Source of the DNA: Chthoniobacteraceae bacterium
Lineage (GTDB): Bacteria > Verrucomicrobiota > Verrucomicrobiia > Chthoniobacterales > Chthoniobacteraceae
Reading direction: 5' to 3'
Length of the DNA: 11,764 nt
NCBI GenBank assembly: GCA_031409335.1
Contig: JANNWY010000084.1
Location: forward strand, 1-11,764
Position 1 is the first letter of the stretch; every line of letters starts with the position of its first letter. The notes under the pieces were generated by a model, which was not told the origin of the DNA, did not search any database, and saw only the letters and a program-made list of their open reading frames with translations. This document shows positions 5,197 to 11,764 of the stretch, one piece after another. The position numbers and the translations under genes were made by a program.

Positions 5197-7942
5197 TTCC
5201 ATCGTCGAGAAGCCGGCCAACGGCTACTTCCTCCGCGACCTCCTGATTTTCAATGGGCTGGATGCGGGCGGCTTCGCCTCGAAGGGTTTCATCTTCGAGC
5301 CGCCGGATTTCAACAACGCGCAGATCGGCGAACTGAATGAGTTCCAGGATCAACTATCCGTCTTGCTCGCTTCATTGAGCGACAATCAGCGGTTGCAGGT
5401 TCAATGGTATTGCGACTCGGACTATCAGCGCGAATTGCTGCGCTACAACGACGAGACAAAACGGGCGACGAACGTCTGGACGCGCCGCGCACGGAACGAA
5501 CGCTTCGCGCGTTACTGGCAGGCGATGACCAATCGGCAACTCCGCCGTCAACGGCTCATTCTTTACGTGTCGCGGAGCATCGAAACCTCGCCGTCCTTTT
5601 CCGCATCGCGCGGGAGTTTGACGAAGCACTACGACCACTTGCTCGACCAGCTTGAGCAGGAATTCGCGCAGGTTCACGAGACCATCACCGGAATTTTCAG
5701 CGGCCAGGGCGCGCGAATCATCCCCATGACCGATGCCGACCACTACCGGCATTTCACCGCGTTCCTGAATCCATCGCTCGCCGAGCGTTTCAACTACGAT
5801 GCCGTAGAGACTTTCGCCCCGTCGCTTTCGATTCAGGAAAATTGCTGGCTCTGCGAAGGCAACGGGCAGTCGGATTTCGGTTTCTGGATGGATGGGCACT
5901 ATCACTCGACCATCGTGCTCACGCGTTGGCCGAAGATGACCTTCCCCGGCATAATCCACCGGCTCACGAACCTGCGGCTGCTCGACTACACCATCACGGT
6001 CAACGTCGATCCGATTCCGATCCGCAAGGAAATCTCCCGCGAGGAGAAGGCGCACGAACGCATCGCGGGCGACTATGCCAGCGAGAAGAAGCTGTCGCTG
6101 CTCACAGTGATGCAGAAGAAGGAGCGCAAAATCGCCGCGCTCATGCAGGGCCATACGCTGCCCTTCAACGCACTCTTCATCGTGCGCGTGTGGGACAAGA
6201 CCAAAGCCGGACTGTCGGCAAAGGCGACCGCGATTAAGAACGCGATCAACTCGATGAACTCGGCGCAGTATTTCGAGAGCAGCCTGCCGAGCACCACCAA
6301 GAAGCTCTTTTTCCAAACATGGCCCGGCTGGTTGTGGGGCCGATACGAATATCGGAAGCTCTACGCCGAGCATCACTATCTCGCCGACATGCTACCCGTG
6401 AATTCGACATTCACCGGGCATCTCGCGACCGCCGAGGCCATCTACGACGGCGGCGCGTCGAATCTCATCGGCATCAAAACTTTTGCCGGAGCCGAGGGCG
6501 AAAAGTCCCCGCAACACGCCGTGGTGCTTGGCATGAGCGGCACCGGGAAATCGGTGACGATGTGCGACCTGCTTTCGCAAACGGAACTCTATTTCGATTA
6601 CACCGTCATCATCGAGGAAGGTCTTTCATACGGCATCTACACGAAGACCGTCGATCCGAACGCCGAGCCGATCATCCTCCAACCGGACGGTTCGCTGACG
6701 ATCAACTACCTCGACACGTCCGGGCTGCCGTTGACGCCACTGCACCTTTCCACGGCCACGGCGCTCGTCGCCCGCATGGCTGGCGTGAGCGCGGACGAGG
6801 AAAAGCAGATGCTCCGGCAGGCGCAGATTTCCAAATACCTCAATCAGCTCTACGAGGACGCCTACCAGGATTGGACGAACCGCTACCCTGAGAAGGTGGC
6901 CAAAGTCGCGCGTCACGCCTGCGCACTCGCTGCCTATCGACGCGACCGCCTCGCACCGGGCGCAACCTCGCTCGATGCCTTTGCCGATTTCCGCGACTGG
7001 TATCGCGCAAGCCAGGACGAAGCACATGCCTTTCTGACAGGCTTCAACGATGCGGAGGTATTGCGATTTTCCAAAGACCCGAACACGGCGCGTGAAGTTC
7101 GGAATCTGGCTTTTTCCTACTTCACGCTTTCGGAATATCCGACTCACCGGATGCTTCAGGAGTTGATGCAGCTTGAGGCATCGGGCGCGAGTAAAGAGCA
7201 GGTCATGCAGATCGCCACGCTGCTTCTACCTTGGTGCCGGGACGGTAACTATGGGCCGCTGTTCGATGGCGAATCCAATATCTCGCTCACTGGCAAGATC
7301 GCGCATTTCGAGCTGGGTTACATTTCCGAATCCGCGAAGGAGCTAAAATCGGCCGCGGGCTTTCTCATCACCAATTACACGCGGCAGCACATCATCACGA
7401 TGCCTCGCGCATTGCGGAAACGGAACGTCTATGAGGAGGTCGCCCGGTTTCTCGACATCCCCGAGGGCGAGAAGATCGTGAAGGAGAGCTACGCGCAGAT
7501 GCGAAAGTTCAACACTTGGAACATCGCGATTGTGCAGCAATACGCGCGGTTCAAGGAAAGCCGTATCCGCTCGGCGGTGTTTGGGAACAGCCGGCAGTTC
7601 TTTATGATGAAGCAGAACGACCGGGCGGACCTCGATGACATCGCGCAGGACATCGCGCTGCCGGAAATCACGAAGCAGACGATCATGAGCTATCCACTGC
7701 CCGACCAGCAGATCGGGCAGAAGTTCTCGGCGTTCACTTATTACCATGTGGACGCGCTGCGGCCCGTCTGCGGGACCGTCCACAATATCGCCTCGGCGGA
7801 GATGCTGTATTGCAGCAGCACGAGCGGGGAGCACTTCGAGAAGCGCGCACGGCAGCTCAATAAGCACGGCGACATCATCGAAGGGATCGTCACTCACGCC
7901 AACCAAGCTGCGGTCGCAGCAGCCAAAACGCCGACAGTATGA
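5183..7942 (+). CDS. virB4: VirB4-family type IV secretion ATPase, 919 aa
   Basis: Walker A HAVVLGMSGTGKS, YGPLFDGESNI segment, Walker B-like NVYEEVARF, then MRKFN...IVQQ and NSRQFFMMKQ; size and position after pilin/VirB3 fit VirB4. Confidence 0.92.
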   Translation: MWPIDSIVEKPANGYFLRDLLIFNGLDAGGFASKGFIFEPPDFNNAQIGELNEFQDQLSVLLASLSDNQRLQVQWYCDSDYQRELLRYNDETKRATNVWTRRARNERFARYWQAMTNRQLRRQRLILYVSRSIETSPSFSASRGSLTKHYDHLLDQLEQEFAQVHETITGIFSGQGARIIPMTDADHYRHFTAFLNPSLAERFNYDAVETFAPSLSIQENCWLCEGNGQSDFGFWMDGHYHSTIVLTRWPKMTFPGIIHRLTNLRLLDYTITVNVDPIPIRKEISREEKAHERIAGDYASEKKLSLLTVMQKKERKIAALMQGHTLPFNALFIVRVWDKTKAGLSAKATAIKNAINSMNSAQYFESSLPSTTKKLFFQTWPGWLWGRYEYRKLYAEHHYLADMLPVNSTFTGHLATAEAIYDGGASNLIGIKTFAGAEGEKSPQHAVVLGMSGTGKSVTMCDLLSQTELYFDYTVIIEEGLSYGIYTKTVDPNAEPIILQPDGSLTINYLDTSGLPLTPLHLSTATALVARMAGVSADEEKQMLRQAQISKYLNQLYEDAYQDWTNRYPEKVAKVARHACALAAYRRDRLAPGATSLDAFADFRDWYRASQDEAHAFLTGFNDAEVLRFSKDPNTAREVRNLAFSYFTLSEYPTHRMLQELMQLEASGASKEQVMQIATLLLPWCRDGNYGPLFDGESNISLTGKIAHFELGYISESAKELKSAAGFLITNYTRQHIITMPRALRKRNVYEEVARFLDIPEGEKIVKESYAQMRKFNTWNIAIVQQYARFKESRIRSAVFGNSRQFFMMKQNDRADLDDIAQDIALPEITKQTIMSYPLPDQQIGQKFSAFTYYHVDALRPVCGTVHNIASAEMLYCSSTSGEHFEKRARQLNKHGDIIEGIVTHANQAAVAAAKTPTV

Positions 7943-8358
7943 AGATAGGAACCTCGCTACTTCTCATCATCCTTCCCGCCTTGCTGACCGGCTGTGCTGG
8001 CACCACGCGAGTCGTCACCGACACGCTGGCCGCTGGAGTTGGAGGATTCGCCGGCAATAAGCTCGGCAAAGGCGACCCGCTCATCACTGCGGCAGGCGCG
8101 GGCGCGGGCGTCCTTCTCGGCGAAGCACTCAACTTCGCAAACGACAATCACGCGAAGAAAGCCTACGCCGAGGGCTTCAACAAAGGACGGAGCGACGCGG
8201 TGAAGCAGCAGTATTGGGTCATGGTCAATCAGCAGAAGGCCGAGGAGGGGAAAGCCTTCGACGAGAATATCAGCCTCTTTGAAATCCCGGTGCCGGAGCA
8301 GCGCATCGACGGCGTGATTCTAAAACCCACCACCAAAGTCCTGAGAATCGAGGAGTAA
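7939..8358 (+). CDS. Lipoprotein with glycine-zipper segment (VirB7/TraV-like candidate)
   Basis: Signal peptide with lipobox LLTG-C (Cys19), Gly/Ala-rich LAAGVGGFAG...AAGAGAGVLLG; ATGA overlap with virB4. Confidence 0.7.
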   Translation: MKIGTSLLLIILPALLTGCAGTTRVVTDTLAAGVGGFAGNKLGKGDPLITAAGAGAGVLLGEALNFANDNHAKKAYAEGFNKGRSDAVKQQYWVMVNQQKAEEGKAFDENISLFEIPVPEQRIDGVILKPTTKVLRIEE

Positions 8359-8362
8359 CCCA

Positions 8363-8530
8363 ATGATGAATCCCTACGAGCCAAACATCGACCGCATCGA
8401 CACCGATGAAGTGTTCCGCCGTCAGCGCGAGGAACAGCTTCGGCAGGAACAAGACCGACTGCGCCAGCAGGAGCAAGAGAGGTTGTGGCGTCAGGACGAA
8501 GAACGCCAGCGGCAGTGCCCGCGACCCTAA
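8363..8530 (+). CDS. Small E/Q/R-rich hypothetical protein, 55 aa (not in ORF track)
   Basis: GAGGAG (8350-8355) 7 nt before ATG 8363; translation MMNPYEPNIDRIDTDEVFRRQREEQLRQEQDRLRQQEQERLWRQDEERQRQCPRP; fills the gap between the lipoprotein and VirB5 genes. Confidence 0.7.
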   Translation: MMNPYEPNIDRIDTDEVFRRQREEQLRQEQDRLRQQEQERLWRQDEERQRQCPRP

Positions 8531-8553
8531 CTAACTACCCGCCAAACACAGCC

Positions 8554-9363
8554 ATGAACAAACGCCTACTCATTATCGCCATCGCATTCCTACTCACACT
8601 GCCACCAGCGAGGGCGCAGCTCATTGTCGAAGACATTGCCTCCATCGCGCAGGACGCCATCAATCAGGTCGTGGACCTCGCGAAGTATGTCGAGATGGTC
8701 AACAACCAGGTGCAGCAGATCAATACGATGACGCAGGAGCTTCAGCAGACGGTGGCCTACGTCAAAGCCTTCGGCGATCCGGCGCAGCTTCTGGAAATCA
8801 CAGGAGTAAATGAGCTGATGTCGGAACTAGACCTATCCGGCATCGGCCAGACGCTCGGCGAAATCCGGCAGACCGCTTCGGGCATCCAATCGCTAAAGAA
8901 TAACGCAACGGGACTGTATCAAAGTATCACCGATATTTCATTTTCCGGTATCGAGGTGCCGAGAGTGGCCGACTTCTACAAGCCATACTCCGCCTTGGAG
9001 AATGCGTCGGCGAACTACACCGCCGTCTATGACGACGTGACGCAACGCAGGCAGGTGTTGAAGGGGCAAATGGTCGGAACGATTGACCGGCTCCAATCCT
9101 CCACGACGGACGCCGAGACGCAGAAACTCCAGGGAGTAGTCACCGCCCAAGCCGCGCAGCTCCAATCCATCGAAAACGAAATCGCGAACGCGGCTTCACA
9201 AGCCGTGATCCAGGACATCTCAAATCGAAACAACGAAGCGAAGCAGCAGCAGGCGCGCAATGAGGGAATCGCCGCCGAGCGACATGACGCGCTCAAGAAG
9301 TTCGGCACGATGATGGTGCCGGATGTGAGCAGCGATATTCGCTTTGGAAGGAGCCGCCAATGA
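8554..9363 (+). CDS. virB5: VirB5/TrbJ-like minor pilin / conjugal transfer protein, 269 aa
   Basis: Start re-called at ATG 8554 (MNKRLLIIAIAFLLTLPPARAQ signal peptide), then LIVEDIASIAQ and Q/N-rich helical heptads (MVNNQVQQINTMTQELQQ) typical of TrbJ/VirB5; upstream of VirB6. Confidence 0.78.
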   Translation: MNKRLLIIAIAFLLTLPPARAQLIVEDIASIAQDAINQVVDLAKYVEMVNNQVQQINTMTQELQQTVAYVKAFGDPAQLLEITGVNELMSELDLSGIGQTLGEIRQTASGIQSLKNNATGLYQSITDISFSGIEVPRVADFYKPYSALENASANYTAVYDDVTQRRQVLKGQMVGTIDRLQSSTTDAETQKLQGVVTAQAAQLQSIENEIANAASQAVIQDISNRNNEAKQQQARNEGIAAERHDALKKFGTMMVPDVSSDIRFGRSRQ

Positions 9364-9575
9364 TCCGGCAGCTTCGCCTTCTGCTCTTGCTCATCGCGGC
9401 TGCGATCATCGCGGCGAGCGTTTGGGCTTTGCTCGCTTATCGGGCGGATTCGCTAAAGCACTCCCGCGAAACGCACAACGCCCTGTGCAAGACCGCCGAG
9501 TTCTTGAAGTCAGACACTACGAGCGACCTCCGCTTTGGAAAGCCGAAAGCGACGCCGACTCCTACCGCACCGTGA
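9360..9575 (+). CDS. Small membrane-anchored protein, TrbK-like entry exclusion candidate, 71 aa
   Basis: ATGA overlap with virB5 and TGATG overlap with virB6; N-terminal hydrophobic anchor; occupies the trbJ-trbK-trbL (virB5-eex-virB6) position; C-terminal part similar to the VirB5 C-terminus. Confidence 0.7.
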   Translation: MIRQLRLLLLLIAAAIIAASVWALLAYRADSLKHSRETHNALCKTAEFLKSDTTSDLRFGKPKATPTPTAP

Positions 9576-10729
9576 TGCTTCTCGCCGCACTGCCCACATT
9601 TCAACGTCTGTTTCCCAACTTTCAGACGCAATGCACGACGCTTTACACGATCCTCCTGCCGGTCGCGGCAGTGCTGCTCGTGACCGGATTGATCGCTGTC
9701 GTGAAGCATTGCAACACACCGCGCTCGATGGTGCGCCCGATCATCACCACCATGATGATTGTCATGTCGATCGCGCTGTGGCGCGACTGGACAGACCAAG
9801 CAAAGGACGCCTTGAAAACCGTCGTGGCGAAGATGGACGCTAATCCCGCGCAGGCCGCGCAGCGATACGTCGATATTCTCGTCTCGAAAGAGCAGCCAAA
9901 GGAAAAGGAAGGCTGGTTCGGACTTCCAAGCACGGCGCAATTATATGAAGCGGTCTTGTGGGGGATTCTCAGCCTCATTGGCTTGGTGGCGCAGTTCGTT
10001 ATTTGGGTCGCCTACATCGTGCAGCAGTTTCTTGTTGGGTTGGCTTATGCGTTTGCGCCGCTGTTCCTGAGCTTCCTTGCTTTGCGTTCCACCAGCATCA
10101 TCGGAACGAGGTATATCATGGGCACCGTGGGCATCCTCGCCTGGCCGCTGGGCTGGGCCGCTGCATCCATCGGCACAAGTAACCTGATCGACGTGGCGAC
10201 GGAGCAGGGACTTGTCGTGCTCAGTGATGTCTATGGTCTCCAAACCATGCTCGCTGCGGCCGTAGTTGGCGGCTGGATCATTGTCACCACACTCATCGCG
10301 CCCGTCATCATTCAGTCGGCAATCTCATCGGGGGCGCAGGTTGGCAGTGCGCTACTCGGGGGCGCATTGACTGCCGGGGCCGCAGCCGTTTCGGCGGGAA
10401 CCACGACGGCGGCTGCGCTTGGCACCGGCGGCGCAGGCGCGGCGGGAATGCTCGCGGGTGCAGGTGCCGCAGCATCGGGAAGTCTGGCCGGATCGACGAT
10501 GCAGGGCGGAGGTGCGCCGTTGAGCGGTTCACTGTTGCAAAGCCTCGCGCACAGTATCCCGCGCGGACGTTCGGCAGCGGCTGGCTCCCAAAGCGGGCAG
10601 AGCACGCAAAGCGGCGGTAATGCCGCGCCGGCGTCCACGGCGAAATCCTACGACGCCAGCGACGCCGGCAAGGACCGCGAGGTTCAGCAAATGATCGACC
10701 AGACTAAGCAAGGTGGAGGCAAGGCATGA
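9575..10729 (+). CDS. virB6: VirB6/TrbL-like polytopic membrane protein, 384 aa
   Basis: Start re-called at ATG 9575 (or GTG 9572); several transmembrane segments, AFAPLFLSF and ILAWPLGWA, and a Gly/Ala/Ser-rich tail as in TrbL. Confidence 0.8.
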   Translation: MLLAALPTFQRLFPNFQTQCTTLYTILLPVAAVLLVTGLIAVVKHCNTPRSMVRPIITTMMIVMSIALWRDWTDQAKDALKTVVAKMDANPAQAAQRYVDILVSKEQPKEKEGWFGLPSTAQLYEAVLWGILSLIGLVAQFVIWVAYIVQQFLVGLAYAFAPLFLSFLALRSTSIIGTRYIMGTVGILAWPLGWAAASIGTSNLIDVATEQGLVVLSDVYGLQTMLAAAVVGGWIIVTTLIAPVIIQSAISSGAQVGSALLGGALTAGAAAVSAGTTTAAALGTGGAGAAGMLAGAGAAASGSLAGSTMQGGGAPLSGSLLQSLAHSIPRGRSAAAGSQSGQSTQSGGNAAPASTAKSYDASDAGKDREVQQMIDQTKQGGGKA

Positions 10730-11403
10730 GCATTCCGAACGAAGCCACTGCACCCCAAATCCGTGAAACCCCGGTTAGCACTGCACCCGCCCCGCAATCG
10801 CGAAGCACTTGCCATCCGACTCGCGTCTTTGTGGACAAGGATCGCACCGCATTCCTGTGGTTTTGCGTCGCCGTGCTGGCGATCCTCTTTGCCGCGGCGC
10901 AGCCCTACTTTCTGATTCAGAAATTCAAACAGCGCGAGCGTGTGGTCATCGTCGATCCGGCTGGCACCTATTACGTCTCGCCGCTCATGGACTTTCAGGA
11001 AGCGAAGGACTTTCACGCACAGCAAAGCACACTCGCCGCGATGGCATTTCTGGAGCGCAACCCAAAGGGCTTCGACAATCCCGAACTGCTCAAACAGGTC
11101 TTCCTCAAATACGCCTACGAGAAGGCGCAGAAGCAGAGTTTTGCCGAGGCCGACGAGTTGAAGTCGAAGCAGGTCCACCAAAAGCCGGAGGTGGCGAAGA
11201 TCGACATCCTCGAAACGCGGGAGGATTTCGTGATGACCCAGGTAAGCGGGCAGCTCATCCGCACGGGCATTTTCGAGCAGAAGGCATTCAGCGAATCCAT
11301 TCCATTCAAGCTCGCCTTCAAGATGCGCCGGAATCCCGACATGACGAAGAACGGGCGGTTTCCTACCGCAGTGAGCGATTTCAAATATGAACCGGCACGG
11401 TAA
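10726..11403 (+). CDS. VirB8-like bitopic T4SS protein, 225 aa
   Basis: Single TM (FLWFCVAVLAILFAAA) followed by RVVIVDPAG and an alpha/beta pattern consistent with an NTF2-like fold, ending RNPDMTKNGRFPTAVSDF; after VirB6, ATGA overlap. Confidence 0.7.
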   Translation: MSIPNEATAPQIRETPVSTAPAPQSRSTCHPTRVFVDKDRTAFLWFCVAVLAILFAAAQPYFLIQKFKQRERVVIVDPAGTYYVSPLMDFQEAKDFHAQQSTLAAMAFLERNPKGFDNPELLKQVFLKYAYEKAQKQSFAEADELKSKQVHQKPEVAKIDILETREDFVMTQVSGQLIRTGIFEQKAFSESIPFKLAFKMRRNPDMTKNGRFPTAVSDFKYEPAR

Positions 11404-11764
11404 GTCTCCAGTCCTCTCGCTCGCAGTCCTCATCCTCGCGCACGCCGCGTCGCTGGCCGGCGAACCGAAGCAGATCCAGGAACACGAACTCGACGAGTAT
11501 AGCGTCTGCGCGGTGCCGGTATCGTTCACACGAGTGACGACGGTGAATTTTCCGGGGCCAATCTCCGCGATTGATGCCGCACTCGTGACGACGGACGGAA
11601 AGACGGCGGGCCTCTTCCAACTCGCCCACAAACCGGGCTCGTACTTCTTCTCCGTCCGCAGCCTGGTCAAAGGCGCGACGACCAACGTCATCGTGCGCTG
11701 GAACAACAAGACCTATGTGCTGGAATTGCAGGACAGCACAACGCCGCAGCTTTCGGTGATCTTC
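11387..11764 (+). CDS. VirB9/TrbG/TraK-like exported T4SS core protein, 3'-truncated by window edge
   Basis: ATG 11387 overlaps the virB8-like end; open to the window end: MNRHGKSPVLSLAVLILAHAASLAG (signal peptide), then beta-rich VPVSFTRVTTVNFPGPI...TNVIVRWNNKTYVLEL resembling VirB9-type N-domains. Confidence 0.7.
   Translation, partial: MNRHGKSPVLSLAVLILAHAASLAGEPKQIQEHELDEYSVCAVPVSFTRVTTVNFPGPISAIDAALVTTDGKTAGLFQLAHKPGSYFFSVRSLVKGATTNVIVRWNNKTYVLELQDSTTPQLSVIF

Larger units (their letters stand above)
1..11764. mobile_element. Internal part of a conjugative element (ICE or conjugative plasmid) transfer region; ends not in window
   Basis: Coupling protein, VirB4 ATPase and a run of overlapping VirB2/3/5/6/8/9-like genes plus a TA module. 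No integrase, relaxase, rep or att site in the window, so ICE versus plasmid cannot be decided. Confidence 0.88.

Noticed and set aside
5372..6376. 334-aa minus-strand ORF
   Set aside because: Antisense shadow of virB4, expected from GC-rich codon bias; no recognisable motifs.
8485..8553. N-terminal extension of VirB5 in the ORF track
   Set aside because: The signal peptide begins at Met 8554 and the extension overlaps the 55-aa ORF.
9344..9574. N-terminal 77-aa extension of VirB6 in the ORF track
   Set aside because: Overlaps the better-supported 71-aa ORF in another frame; the TGATG junction supports a start at 9575.
10330..10640. GC-rich quasi-repeats (GGCGCA/GCGGCG)
   Set aside because: Explained by the Gly/Ala-rich low-complexity tail normal for TrbL/VirB6; not a DNA repeat array.
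10684..11709. 341-aa minus-strand ORF
   Set aside because: Antisense to the virB8- and virB9-like genes, which fit the operon; no motifs.
1..11764. CRISPR array, tRNA/rRNA, IS, integrase or att site
   Set aside because: No regularly spaced repeats, RNA gene signatures, transposase or recombinase motifs seen.

Overview
An 11.8 kb stretch of a conjugative element (ICE or plasmid) in a GC-rich bacterium; a Verrucomicrobiota/PVC-type host is my impression only. Gene order: 3' part of a VirD4/TraG coupling protein; a 178-aa hypothetical protein; a hairpin-rich non-coding stretch; a type IV toxin-antitoxin/abortive infection pair (AbiEi-AbiEii) behind a perfect 13-bp inverted-repeat operator; a stand-alone ClpA/B second-domain AAA+ ATPase on the minus strand. 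Divergent from the ATPase is a tightly coupled type IV secretion operon: VirB2-like pilin, VirB3-like, VirB4, a lipoprotein, an unannotated 55-aa charged ORF, VirB5/TrbJ-like, a 71-aa TrbK-position membrane protein, VirB6/TrbL, VirB8-like and the 5' part of a VirB9-like gene. Most notable: (i) the 71-aa protein carries an ungapped copy of the VirB5 C-terminal 25 residues, suggesting entry exclusion by mimicry; (ii) the minimal Clp-D2 ATPase lacks the GYVG pore loop and sits head-to-head with the pilin gene; (iii) two short ORFs with strong Shine-Dalgarno sites are missing from the ORF track; (iv) a highly structured spacer lies at about 1620-1802. All family assignments come from motif recognition and synteny, not database searches.
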